Below are positions 26,791 to 36,129 of a DNA stretch of 64,000 nucleotides, piece after piece. Position 1 is the first letter of the stretch, and the number at the start of each line of letters is the position of its first letter. The notes below the pieces were generated by a model. That model saw only the letters and a program-made list of their open reading frames with translations, had not been told where the DNA came from and made no database searches. Where the stretch lies: positions 22,951 to 86,950 of IMG/VR virus record IMGVR_UViG_3300037484_000776; one strand, written 5' to 3'. The translations under genes and the position numbers were made by a program. The DNA comes from a virus. Lineage: Duplodnaviria; Caudoviricetes.

Positions 26791-27424
26791 TCCTCTTCAT
26801 CCCGACCGGGGTTAGTAAAGCGTCTTCAACTGTCCACCCATACCTTAACCTATTGTGGATGTTGTACGGCTTTAAACACAGATGCCTGCTCCATTCTGCA
26901 ACCGTTTTAGTTTCACCGTGCAACGTTAAAAACCGGTTGCTTCCAGTGTTATTTTGTTGTTCTTCCGATGTAGCCCACCTGCAATTTGCTGGTTCATAGT
27001 TCCCGTTATTATCAATGCGGTCAAGAGTTTTTCCAATCGGTTTTTCTCCCATGTCTTTTATAAAGTTAGCAAAGTCTAACCATTCCTCACAACACTTAAT
27101 TCCTCTTCCACCATATCTACCGTAACGCTCTGTATTTTTGTTTAAACATCTATTTTTCATGTTGATCCATGACATGTATGTTGGAGAATGCCCTCCAGAC
27201 GCATGACCATGAACTATACACTGAAAGGCTATCTTTTCTTTTCTTAAGCACCCACATGATAGCGTGTTCCCGCTTCTTAGACTGCCTACGAATACAACGG
27301 TTCTATCTCCGCAGTCACACAAGCACTCCCAAATACTTCCGCCGAATTTATTTACTGAGTTAAACTTAGTAACCATTAGTCTACCAAACCGTTGTCCGAC
27401 TAAATCAAGTCTTTTCCCGTTCAT
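26771..27424 (-). CDS. HNH-family homing endonuclease
   Basis: DLVGQRFGRL, CLCDCG, SCGC, W..MK.RC, YGGRGI and TLDRIDNNGNYEPANCRWAT motifs. Confidence 0.85.
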   Translation of the reverse strand: MNGKRLDLVGQRFGRLMVTKFNSVNKFGGSIWECLCDCGDRTVVFVGSLRSGNTLSCGCLRKEKIAFQCIVHGHASGGHSPTYMSWINMKNRCLNKNTERYGRYGGRGIKCCEEWLDFANFIKDMGEKPIGKTLDRIDNNGNYEPANCRWATSEEQQNNTGSNRFLTLHGETKTVAEWSRHLCLKPYNIHNRLRYGWTVEDALLTPVGMKRNGENVA

Positions 27425-27434
27425 TTTTAATGTC

Positions 27435-27698
27435 CTAAATAAGGTTAGAGGCTTTCGCCAACACCCCTATAACAAGAGTGGTCTGAAAGAAACCCATCCC
27501 GACAACCCAGCGAATAATCTCGGCCTTGGTTTCGGCTAATCTCAGTTCTAGTCTAAGAATGTCCTGCTCTGTTGCCAGTTCGGAACCGGACAAAGCCTCG
27601 GCAAGGGCCTGCGCCCCTGCCTTGGCTTGAACGGTAGGAACGCCAGACGCTTCCAACTGCTCGGCGTATTTCAGGGTATCGAAGGTAACGGCTGTCAT
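27435..27698 (-). CDS. DUF1640/CCDC90-like coiled-coil membrane-anchored protein
   Basis: FDTLKYAEQLEASG...QA...AL...LAT..D...KAEIIRWVVG followed by a transmembrane helix. Confidence 0.75.
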   Translation of the reverse strand: MTAVTFDTLKYAEQLEASGVPTVQAKAGAQALAEALSGSELATEQDILRLELRLAETKAEIIRWVVGMGFFQTTLVIGVLAKASNLI

Positions 27699-27707
27699 TG
27701 AATATCT

Positions 27708-27881
27708 CTAAACTTCCTTATCTTTGGTGAACGCCATCTTTATCTTTTCTAGTAAAGCCTCATGTTGCTCTGCTCTATTCCGCCAAAAACACACATCGCA
27801 TAAGTCTAGGGACTCAGTGTCGTTACGGCCGTGCGACCTTACATTGATAGCATACGATCCGCATCTCTTACATTTATTCAT
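27708..27881 (-). CDS. 57-aa Zn-finger protein (CKRC...CDVC)
   Basis: Hand-translated MNKCKRCGSYAINVRSHGRNDTESLDLCDVCFWRNRAE...; start overlaps the sbcD stop. Confidence 0.6.
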   Translation of the reverse strand: MNKCKRCGSYAINVRSHGRNDTESLDLCDVCFWRNRAEQHEALLEKIKMAFTKDKEV

Positions 27882-28947
27882 TACCTAAATCCTTTATCAG
27901 AGACTTCCACAAAGATAGCATACCGCTGTTGCTTGCTAAGTCTTGAGAGATCCTCTCCCTTAGCCCCAGGATAGTAGGCGTAGATTCACTAATATCCCTA
28001 GAGAACATCTTGCCATCAGACTTAACGCTCATCTTAACAGCCAGCAAGTTGGGAGACTTCTCCCAACAAGAAGATACAGCCTTCATGAAGTTCAGCATAC
28101 CAACAGCTGGCACCTCTCCTTCCAACTCAAGAAACTGGATGTCAGAGCTAAAGCCTGTAGGCAACTCAGAAGCATCCAACTTCCTGTAACTTGTTGTCTT
28201 ATCCCAGACCTTTACCAAAGATTCTTCTCCATCCCCACTAAATTGCCATATAAACTTATCCTCCATGTTATCGAACGCAGTTGGGAATGTACTACCCGGC
28301 AGAATTACTTGGCTACCCAGAGCAACTCTGGGACTGTGTTCATGCCCTATAATTATCCTATTAATTCCTTGTGCCAATATCCACTCAGCGGTTTCCTCGT
28401 CTAGGTTCAAGGTAGTTTCGCTGGCAAGCCAGGTCTCCGGCGCTCCATAATTACAGTGTAAGAAAACAACCCTCGGCTTATTTGGATAGCTGTAGACGTG
28501 CCTTGGAACCTCTTCCTTTATTGCTCTAATAAACAGCTCTTGCGTCCAGCAATGGGGTATAACTAAGACAGCTGCTGGAAGACTAGTAGAGGAGAAAGAC
28601 TCAGGCGAGAATATAACTGGATTAACCCTGTCCTTAATCCTGTCAAGCCAGGAACTACAAAGGCTAAGAGAGCTTACTGAGTTGGCGATATTTTTAACGT
28701 CATGGTTACCGGCAATACAGAGGTTAACTTTCTCCAATACATTAAGTCCCTGCTCTATGGTCTCTTCAGTGTTGCTATGGCGATCAAACAGGTCTCCTCC
28801 ATGGACTATGAAGTCTTCTCTAGCACTTTTCACAATGCGCATGGTCTGCTCATACACGGCCTTCCGGTAAAGCCGGGCTGAAGATGCTGTAGTATGGGTT
28901 GAGCGGTTAATCCCAAGGTGGGAGTCGGTCAGGTACGTAATATTCAT
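27874..28947 (-). CDS. sbcD: SbcD/Mre11-like metallophosphoesterase nuclease
   Basis: TDSHLG, GGDLFD, AGNHD and GHEH motifs. Confidence 0.88.
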   Translation of the reverse strand: MNITYLTDSHLGINRSTHTTASSARLYRKAVYEQTMRIVKSAREDFIVHGGDLFDRHSNTEETIEQGLNVLEKVNLCIAGNHDVKNIANSVSSLSLCSSWLDRIKDRVNPVIFSPESFSSTSLPAAVLVIPHCWTQELFIRAIKEEVPRHVYSYPNKPRVVFLHCNYGAPETWLASETTLNLDEETAEWILAQGINRIIIGHEHSPRVALGSQVILPGSTFPTAFDNMEDKFIWQFSGDGEESLVKVWDKTTSYRKLDASELPTGFSSDIQFLELEGEVPAVGMLNFMKAVSSCWEKSPNLLAVKMSVKSDGKMFSRDISESTPTILGLRERISQDLASNSGMLSLWKSLIKDLGNE

Positions 28948-29399
28948 GCTAACTCCAAACAGTTTCTAAATTTAACCCTTAATTCTTTTATCGGAAACAC
29001 GTAAGCATCCTTTATATCAAGCTGCTTACCTTCTTGCCTTGCCTCTATTACTGCCTTAGCAGGCCATGCTTCACAGAGACCGGTAAGCTCTGAATAGAAT
29101 AGGACCAACCCATATCCTCCACTAAGTAACCAAGTATGAAGGCTAGCTACCTGGTGATTTTTTACCATATCAGAAAAGCAAGATTTCAATGAGGTCTGAG
29201 ATCCGCTTGCCTTACACTCCACCAGGTAGGCGTTCCCCCTCCAGGAGAACAGGAAGTCAGAGGGAGCTTGGTTTGTCTTGTCCGTTCCAGCTGCTCCAGA
29301 GTCCTTGAAGTGGTGTCTGTATAAAAAATCTGATCCCATACAACCATACGTCTCATCCCACACAATCTTTTCAAATCTTTTTCCTATGTTAAGTGTCAT
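28944..29399 (-). CDS. RecU-like Holliday junction resolvase (PD-(D/E)xK)
   Basis: GKRFE, PSDF, LVECK and HQ..L motifs. Confidence 0.7.
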   Translation of the reverse strand: MTLNIGKRFEKIVWDETYGCMGSDFLYRHHFKDSGAAGTDKTNQAPSDFLFSWRGNAYLVECKASGSQTSLKSCFSDMVKNHQVASLHTWLLSGGYGLVLFYSELTGLCEAWPAKAVIEARQEGKQLDIKDAYVFPIKELRVKFRNCLELA

Positions 29400-29400
29400 C

Positions 29401-30132
29401 TTATACTCCCAAACTCTCTAAAGTCGCCTTCATATCCTCACTTATATCGGCCCAGGTGTTACGAATCCAAGTAATGTACGTCTTAGGCACCTCCTTCCAC
29501 TCCTTTCCTCTGTGCTTTCCAAAATGGCAAACAGAGAGTACTTGAGGAGTAGCACACCAAGTCTGCAAATCGGCAAGAGACACTCCATATTGCTCTTTAA
29601 TATAAGATATAATTTGCGCCACTAAATAACAATCGGCAATCGCATCGTGTGCTAGTCTCCTGAACTGCTCACTAGCTTCATCAGGGAATAGATGCTTATT
29701 CACGGTCCCTAGCTTGTGATTCTCCAACAAAGGGTATACTCTTTGTGCAAAGCATACGACATCTAGCTGACCCATTTCCGTGAACCCTGCCTCTGGCATA
29801 ATCCTGTCAGCGATTGGCACGTCATATCTGGAACTATTAAACCCTCCAAGAAATACCCTATTCCCTTGCCTCTGGTAATCATCTATCAACAATTTAAATT
29901 GCCTAAGCACCTGTCCTTGTGATGGGCTAAGCCAATATTTATCCTTCCCAATACCATGAACCTTAAGTGCTTCCTCTGAACACTCTCTATCTGGCATCAC
30001 ATAAGTTTGCATAACAGGTAGCGCAGTGCCGTCCTCCTCCATGAGGACGGCTCCGAACTGCACTATATCTGCTATGTTTTTATCGTTGGAGGTTGTCTCC
30101 AAGTCGAAAATCATAACAACATCTTTATTCAT
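29401..30132 (-). CDS. DEDDh 3'-5' exonuclease, ExoX-like
   Basis: FDLETT, GFNSSRYD, AHDAIADC and a C-terminal FGKHRGKEWKEVPKTY module. Confidence 0.85.
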   Translation of the reverse strand: MNKDVVMIFDLETTSNDKNIADIVQFGAVLMEEDGTALPVMQTYVMPDRECSEEALKVHGIGKDKYWLSPSQGQVLRQFKLLIDDYQRQGNRVFLGGFNSSRYDVPIADRIMPEAGFTEMGQLDVVCFAQRVYPLLENHKLGTVNKHLFPDEASEQFRRLAHDAIADCYLVAQIISYIKEQYGVSLADLQTWCATPQVLSVCHFGKHRGKEWKEVPKTYITWIRNTWADISEDMKATLESLGV

Positions 30133-30150
30133 CTAATTATTTGTCCGTTA

Positions 30151-30369
30151 TCAGTCAACATTCAAATGTCCGCTGAAGGCGGCAGTCTTCATTCTCTTGC
30201 CACCCTTCCCACCTATCTCAATAAAGCCCCAAGTCCCGTCGGTAAAGACCTTTACCCTCACCCCTTGCCACTTTACAAGGATAAAGTCCTCAGTTGTTTC
30301 CAGGACTTCAACCTTCTCTTGAGTTACGTTAAAAAGCCAACTCACCCTTTGCTGTTGCGCTTGGTTCAT
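30151..30369 (-). CDS. Hypothetical protein
   Basis: ATG overlaps the polymerase stop codon. Confidence 0.55.
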   Translation of the reverse strand: MNQAQQQRVSWLFNVTQEKVEVLETTEDFILVKWQGVRVKVFTDGTWGFIEIGGKGGKRMKTAAFSGHLNVD

Positions 30370-33300
30370 TCTGTTACCTCTTCATCAATGTCATCTATAA
30401 TAGTTTCCTCTGGTTCAGAAACCTGAACCAACTCTTTGGATTTCTCCAAGGCTTCCTCTACCTGCTCCTTAGTAAAGCTACCTCCTATTTCTATTTGCCT
30501 ACCCCAAGAATCAGAACTAACAGAAAAGTCAGCAGACATTGGCACCGTATGACCAGGAGGGGTGACGGACATGATCTCTTTCAACATACAACAATAATCG
30601 TAAGCAGCCGCTCTTGGCACACTGGAAGCTAGCTCATCATAGACCGGGGCTATCATATATGAATCTGTCATAGTAAACAGCTTACGCCTATATGCCTCAC
30701 TCATAGTCACCTTCAAAATATCAGCAGCACAACCTTGAATCGTGTAATTGATTGCCTGCCTCTCGTTACGCATCCTCACACCGTCATCCTTGGAGAAGAT
30801 GCCGTTACCGATATGCCTTCTGTTACCGTAGGCCGTCTGCGTGTAGCCATTCCTCTTTGCAAACTCTATAGTCTCCTGTTGCCAAGGCTGTAGACGGGAG
30901 TACTTAGCAAAGGTAGCGTTCATGAACATCTTCGCTTGTTCTGCCGGGATCATAAGCCGACGGGCTAGAGTAGTATGCCCTCCCCCATATATCATAAGGA
31001 AATTCAAAGCCTTAGCCATCTTCCTTGCCAACTTGGCTAGCTTCGCCACTTCAACATCCTCTCCATTCAACAAGCCAAGGTAACTGTAGTAGTCAACACT
31101 ACTGACCCCTAGCTTACCAAGCATCTCAGGATAACGGGTCCTTACTACATCCATAAAAATAGCCGAAGCTGTAACTGAGTGGATGTCCTTTCTATCTTCA
31201 CTAAGATAAGCATCAAGCATTGCCGGGTCCTTAGACTCGCTTGCCGTCAACCTAATCTCTTGACCATTGAAGTCAGCCGAGATAATCACATGGTCATCAA
31301 GCCGAGGTCTAACACAGCTACGGAAAGCCCCTCCATCGTTCTTTGTCAACTGCAATAGATTGGGAGAACTACTAGTCGGCCTCCTGGTCACCGTCCCGTC
31401 GTTTATAATACTTCCATGTATACATCCATCAGCAGGGTGAACCCACAAAGGGTAGGGTCTGTAGAACAGGGACTGAGCCGTGGTACAGCGCTTAATCGTT
31501 CTATAATTTGATAAGGCTGCGTGCCTCCAATCATCTTCACTTGTGATGTCTTCAGCGAACGCCATGGCGATTGCATCTGCATCTGTACTAGGGGAACCAG
31601 ACAGCCCAAACTTCTCCCTGGTGGAACCGTGAGCTACCTTTGAGCGAACCCTGATCGGCAAGCCCAACATAGAGTACAGGAAGGCTTGCATCTGCTGAGG
31701 AGATCCTATATTAAGGTCTGACCCCACAACTTCTTCCTTGTCCTGAATCCCTAAGAACCCTTTGCACCAAGCTACGAACTGATCGTAAGCAGCCCCTTCT
31801 CTCTTTAAGATGGCGTTCGAATGTGTCCCGACCATCTCGAAGAACCTTGCCATTTCTGTAAGGTTAGGGACTTGCTTAAGATCCGCGTCAACTATGGTGT
31901 CGTTATTTATCGCACACCACTCCATAAGATCCTTCTTCGTCACCTTCTCTATCTTGGTAAATCCCAACCTGTCCGTTATCTTGGCAAGCATAGTTGCGGT
32001 TGGCTTAAAGTCTGCCGGGGTTACCTTTACCTGTTTCGTAGTATAAGCACTATTAGCAAAGGTCTTTTCCCAGAAGACCTTCATCTTGTCAGCCAAGCCT
32101 TTCTTCTCTTCTTCGTCAAGCTCGTTAAGATTACGGTCCTTGAGCAGCTTCTTTTCTTCCATGAGCCACTGGTCCTGAAACAATTCTGTGGCCCTTTCAG
32201 CAGATGGAGTTTGGCAATTCTTTTCAAGCAACTCCCTTAGCTCAGCATCAGCCATTTCCTTGCTCTCAGCATCTCTCTTGGCAAGAACCTGCATCCGCTC
32301 TACATCGAAGTTGATGCCAGACAAGAACTGCCTTGCCTGCTCATGCACAAACTCGAAGTCCCTATCCCTGGTAAATTCCCAAGTGCCCTCCAAGGCTTGA
32401 ACGAACCACATAAGATCAAAGAGATGGGCAGTAGCTAGAGAGTCCTCTGTACCGTAAGACAGCACTTGGCTTGCCTTACAACCTGCCATATCCTCAGCGC
32501 CAGCTGACTTCAACGTATCCTCATAAGAGGACTGGTAAAACCCCAGATGACCCTTGCTTTGGCTCTTCAGCCCCAACTGCTCATCTTCCCAGCAAGCTGA
32601 TGCCATCAGTTTGGTATCGTAGATGGTAGGAATCTCTTCCAGAACTCCGTTAATCAGGGTAACTAGGTATTCAAACGCAGCGTTATGGGCAACTAGGGGC
32701 TTTCCTGCTGCAATAGCGGTCTGTAGTATCCATCGGATGTAGGATAAAGGAGCATTGTCACTATCCTTGTGGTCAACGGTTACGTAAGCCACCTTCTCGT
32801 GGTTAGCTCCCCAAGTAAAACTCATCCCTGTAATTTCTTGAGACAGTACATCAACGAACTCTCCACCGGAACGCTTGGCCTCCAGGAAAGCCTTGTGCTT
32901 TAGCTTGTCGGTAGATTCATAGTCAAAGGCTATGAACGGAGTTTCTTCCAAAGTACTCTTAAAATCTGCCAAGACTTCCTTTGCGTCAGCCATGCCCACC
33001 AACTTGGGTAGCGCTATGAACTTGCTGACCTTCTCCCTAAGTTGCTTAGAATTGCTCAGGTTACGTAGAGCCTCACTCAGCGTACCGAAACTAGGAACCT
33101 GCTTGGTCCACTCAAGTTCAACTGTTTTGCTGCCCTTTACTCCCTCAGCAAGTTCCGGGTGCAGCTTAGCCAACAGATACTGCAACTCCCACTCAGCCTT
33201 CTGAGTTAGCAAGGTTGATAGCCACTCATCCTCTGTAGCCTTCGCCGCTTGCTTTAGAGTATCCCAGTCCCTCGTTCTTACGATGGCGTCCAGCTGCTCC

Positions 33301-33959
33301 ATTCCATCCAACCCATAGGTGGATGCCAGCTTCTCCCAAGCCTTTGGCCCAAAGCCTTGGACACCTGGGTAACCGTCACTAGTATCGCCAACCAAAGATT
33401 TATAAACCGTAACTAAATTATCTGGCAGGCCCTTGAAAGCCTTTTCTGAATCTCCGTTTATAGACACGCTGATGGTGTCTCCCAACGTGCGGCAGGCGAT
33501 CAAGTCGTTGTCAATAGAGTGGACAACTATTGGACACTGCTTAGATAGTTTGATAGCAAGGTAAGCCACCAAATCGTCAGCTTCTTGCCCCTCAAGTCTA
33601 ACCTGAGTAACACCTATAGAGGTGAGAAACTTCTCAACCCTTGCCAAATACTTCTCCTTGTCTTCCTTAATACCCTCTTCTTCCTTATCGTGAGCATCGG
33701 TACGACGCTTCTTGTAATCAGTGTAAAGATTCTTGCGGTACTCGTTACCGGCATCCCATACTGCTATCATGTCCCTTGGGGCGGACTGATAAGCCTCTAG
33801 GATAGGGGATATAAACTTATCGAAAATTGCACTTAGCCCATTTTCGTGATTGATAGTCTTGTCTTTTTCTCCGTTAGCAAGAATACCAGTATTAGGTGTA
33901 GAGTACGCCGAGTTAAGGGCTAGGCCCTTAATGTCCAACAGATGAATTATTTTGTGCAT
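30366..33959 (-). CDS. polA: Family A DNA polymerase with 5'-3' and 3'-5' exonuclease domains
   Basis: 5'-exo (EADD, DND, LVGDTSDGYPGVQGFGPK), 3'-exo (FDYES, HNAAFE, YGTED), motif A ADFNGQEIR, motif B R...KALNF...YG and motif C VYDEL. Confidence 0.92.
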   Translation of the reverse strand: MHKIIHLLDIKGLALNSAYSTPNTGILANGEKDKTINHENGLSAIFDKFISPILEAYQSAPRDMIAVWDAGNEYRKNLYTDYKKRRTDAHDKEEEGIKEDKEKYLARVEKFLTSIGVTQVRLEGQEADDLVAYLAIKLSKQCPIVVHSIDNDLIACRTLGDTISVSINGDSEKAFKGLPDNLVTVYKSLVGDTSDGYPGVQGFGPKAWEKLASTYGLDGMEQLDAIVRTRDWDTLKQAAKATEDEWLSTLLTQKAEWELQYLLAKLHPELAEGVKGSKTVELEWTKQVPSFGTLSEALRNLSNSKQLREKVSKFIALPKLVGMADAKEVLADFKSTLEETPFIAFDYESTDKLKHKAFLEAKRSGGEFVDVLSQEITGMSFTWGANHEKVAYVTVDHKDSDNAPLSYIRWILQTAIAAGKPLVAHNAAFEYLVTLINGVLEEIPTIYDTKLMASACWEDEQLGLKSQSKGHLGFYQSSYEDTLKSAGAEDMAGCKASQVLSYGTEDSLATAHLFDLMWFVQALEGTWEFTRDRDFEFVHEQARQFLSGINFDVERMQVLAKRDAESKEMADAELRELLEKNCQTPSAERATELFQDQWLMEEKKLLKDRNLNELDEEEKKGLADKMKVFWEKTFANSAYTTKQVKVTPADFKPTATMLAKITDRLGFTKIEKVTKKDLMEWCAINNDTIVDADLKQVPNLTEMARFFEMVGTHSNAILKREGAAYDQFVAWCKGFLGIQDKEEVVGSDLNIGSPQQMQAFLYSMLGLPIRVRSKVAHGSTREKFGLSGSPSTDADAIAMAFAEDITSEDDWRHAALSNYRTIKRCTTAQSLFYRPYPLWVHPADGCIHGSIINDGTVTRRPTSSSPNLLQLTKNDGGAFRSCVRPRLDDHVIISADFNGQEIRLTASESKDPAMLDAYLSEDRKDIHSVTASAIFMDVVRTRYPEMLGKLGVSSVDYYSYLGLLNGEDVEVAKLAKLARKMAKALNFLMIYGGGHTTLARRLMIPAEQAKMFMNATFAKYSRLQPWQQETIEFAKRNGYTQTAYGNRRHIGNGIFSKDDGVRMRNERQAINYTIQGCAADILKVTMSEAYRRKLFTMTDSYMIAPVYDELASSVPRAAAYDYCCMLKEIMSVTPPGHTVPMSADFSVSSDSWGRQIEIGGSFTKEQVEEALEKSKELVQVSEPEETIIDDIDEEVTE

Positions 33960-33964
33960 TCTTT

Positions 33965-34357
33965 TTACACCGTCTGTAAATTATCTATGAAGTCGGACAA
34001 TTCCTTAACTTTACTATAGGGGAGCTCCCAGATAGTTTTGTAATTGTCCCCCTCTTTTTTATTCTCTGAAAGCTTTCTCAGCTTTTTAGATACTAAGTTT
34101 CTAGTTCTTTCTTCTCTCATAGAATCTAGCTTCTCTTTAGTAGCTTCTTCCAAGTAATCACTGTAGTACCTGCTGCCACCTATCATTCTTCCTGTTTGCC
34201 TATTGAACTTACACTCTTGTTTTTCAAGAACTATTTGAGTCTTAGTTACACGCTCAACTTTACACACCCTTTGACTTTTTCCTGTTATAACTAGATCGCC
34301 TATCTCTAGGCTCTCTAACCACGTGCCCATATTATTCTCCCCTTCTATAGACAGCAA
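33965..34357 (-). CDS. Hypothetical protein (SH3-like N-terminus)
   Basis: LEIGDLVI...KVERVTKTQIV...KFNRQTG. Likely start is the second Met (MGTWLE), with SD ggggag. Confidence 0.55.
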   Translation of the reverse strand: MLSIEGENNMGTWLESLEIGDLVITGKSQRVCKVERVTKTQIVLEKQECKFNRQTGRMIGGSRYYSDYLEEATKEKLDSMREERTRNLVSKKLRKLSENKKEGDNYKTIWELPYSKVKELSDFIDNLQTV

Positions 34358-34385
34358 AAGGCCAGGCAGCTTTCGCTGCCTGACC
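34355..34385 (-). terminator. Intrinsic terminator (GAAA tetraloop)
   Basis: Minus strand ggtcaggcagc-gaaa-gctgcctggcc-tttt. Confidence 0.65.
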
Positions 34386-34401
34386 TATCTAACTTCCCTT
34401 G

Positions 34402-35412
34402 TTACAGACCGAAATCGCTCAACTTAGCGACAAAGCTAAAGTTCCAAGGCTCAAACGGCCACTTGCCCGAAGTGATCTTGGCACCAACAGAGATGCGGGT
34501 AACCACTTCGCTACTGGAAGACCGACGGGACAGCTTAACCCCGGCAAGATAGCCCGAGTAACGGCTGATCGAGGTCTGAGGGATGGACAACAGAACCATC
34601 TGCTCAAGCTCTGGGGTCCAGTTACCTTGGCCGTCCTGCACCCACTTAACCATCTGGGCCGGAACATCTATGTACTTGCGATCAACCGGCTTAGACCAGC
34701 CCTTGGAAGTCCACTCTGCAAGGATTGCGTCAACCGGCTTTCCAGTGGTCGTCGTAACCTTGTCATAGGTGTAGAAGAACTCAGGGGCGTTTTGCTCATC
34801 GTTGCACTTCACGATGTACTTCACCTTGCTGGGGTAGCAAACGGCGTCAAAGGAAGTCCCGTACTCATTTCCATCGGAAGACTGGAACCGACCGCGGTCC
34901 AGCTTCAGGTAGGGAAAGCTACCATATCCCATCTCCAGCCCTTCGTGACCATCTTCCTCAAGGGCCGACATAACGTCGCCGGACTGCAAGGACATCTGGG
35001 TACTAGGGGCGTTGTAGCGAGCCATTGCGGCCGCCGGAGGGGGAGGAGGGGTAGACGCCTGCTGCTCTTCAACAACAACCTCTACAGGCTTCTCAGGAGC
35101 CGGAGCAACAGGAGCCTGCTGCATGGGGGCCGGAGCAACAGGCTGCTGCTGGGGAAGCCCCTTCGGAGCACTGGGGGCGGGGCCAGCAGCAGGCCGGGAA
35201 GGAGGAGGGGAAACGGCACCAGGGCCTCCGACGGGGGCAGGGCCTCCAAGTCCGCGGGGAGCAGCATTAGGTAGCTTAGGCGGAGTGGAAGGAGCTGGGC
35301 CGATCGGGGGCTTAGGGGCACCGTTTCCCATCGGAAGGGACTCGATAGCGTCACCGGTAAGAGGATCAATGTCTTGGATTTCGGACTTACGAAGACCAGG
35401 AATAAGGCTCAC
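34402..35412 (-). CDS. Pro/Ala-rich N-terminus + globular C-domain; possible ssDNA-binding/recombination protein
   Basis: About 130 aa of PAP-rich linker, then a globular domain; lies between polymerase and helicase and is followed by a terminator. Function is inferred only. Confidence 0.5.
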   Translation of the reverse strand: MSLIPGLRKSEIQDIDPLTGDAIESLPMGNGAPKPPIGPAPSTPPKLPNAAPRGLGGPAPVGGPGAVSPPPSRPAAGPAPSAPKGLPQQQPVAPAPMQQAPVAPAPEKPVEVVVEEQQASTPPPPPAAAMARYNAPSTQMSLQSGDVMSALEEDGHEGLEMGYGSFPYLKLDRGRFQSSDGNEYGTSFDAVCYPSKVKYIVKCNDEQNAPEFFYTYDKVTTTTGKPVDAILAEWTSKGWSKPVDRKYIDVPAQMVKWVQDGQGNWTPELEQMVLLSIPQTSISRYSGYLAGVKLSRRSSSSEVVTRISVGAKITSGKWPFEPWNFSFVAKLSDFGL

Positions 35413-35487
35413 AATATTTACCTATATAGTTGACAATTTGGTTGATGGTTAATTGGGATGGTTGGTTGGTTAAAACGATCATTTACT

Positions 35488-35586
35488 TTACTTTCTGGCT
35501 AATCTCCTGGCGATTACTATTCTCTTAACTGTGCGGCTCTGCTTCTTAGCAGCCTTGCGTGTATTGCTTCGTGTATATGTCTTCAT
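35488..35586 (-). CDS. 32-aa highly basic peptide (MKTYTRSNTRKAAKKQSRTVKRIVIARRLARK)
   Basis: Hand-translated; fills the gap after the HNH gene. Confidence 0.4.
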   Translation of the reverse strand: MKTYTRSNTRKAAKKQSRTVKRIVIARRLARK

Positions 35587-35597
35587 AGTGTTACTCT

Positions 35598-36125
35598 TTA
35601 AATCGTTTTGGATTTTCCGTGGCGTTCCGTAAAGATGCCAGTTTCTTCTTGAGCTTGTTGGCGGGCTTTGATGGCTTCTTCAAGAGAGTCAAAACAGCCG
35701 ATATATCTCAGCTTTCCATTTTGTCTTATACTGGCCTGCCATCTATTGTCGCCTTTATGCCAAGAAACTCCCGTGCACCCAGATTCATTGTTACTATACA
35801 TTCTCTTATTGCAAACATTTTCTCGGTGAGTTATATCCCTCAGATTGTCCCACCTGTTATCGTCCTTAACTCCGTTAAGGTGGTCTATCTCGTGATCAGG
35901 CCATTTCCCAGTAACTAGGAACCAAATCAAACGGTGGGTTGAATTTTTGCGACGCCCTATCGTTACTTGCCTATAGCCGTTAGGATTCAGAGTGCCTACT
36001 TCCTCCCCTACCTTATGATAGGCCCTTCCAGTGCCCATAGTATGCCGGGCTACCAGCTTCCCAGTCTCAGGAAAATAAACAAAGAGTTCGTTCAACAACT
36101 CAGCAGTCAATTTCTCTATATTCAT
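35598..36125 (-). CDS. HNH-AP2 homing endonuclease
   Basis: THRLIWFL...IDHLNGVKDDNRWDNLR, SGCTGVSWHKGDNRWQA; paralog of 395..957. Confidence 0.88.
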   Translation of the reverse strand: MNIEKLTAELLNELFVYFPETGKLVARHTMGTGRAYHKVGEEVGTLNPNGYRQVTIGRRKNSTHRLIWFLVTGKWPDHEIDHLNGVKDDNRWDNLRDITHRENVCNKRMYSNNESGCTGVSWHKGDNRWQASIRQNGKLRYIGCFDSLEEAIKARQQAQEETGIFTERHGKSKTI

Positions 36126-36129
36126 TATC

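Noticed and set aside
34399-35274. 291-aa plus-strand ORF
   Set aside because: It is the antisense shadow of the GC-rich, codon-biased minus-strand gene 34402..35412 and has no motif or SD.
35430-35458. Plus-strand promoter at TTGACA 35430
   Set aside because: No acceptable -10 element at 16-18 nt spacing.
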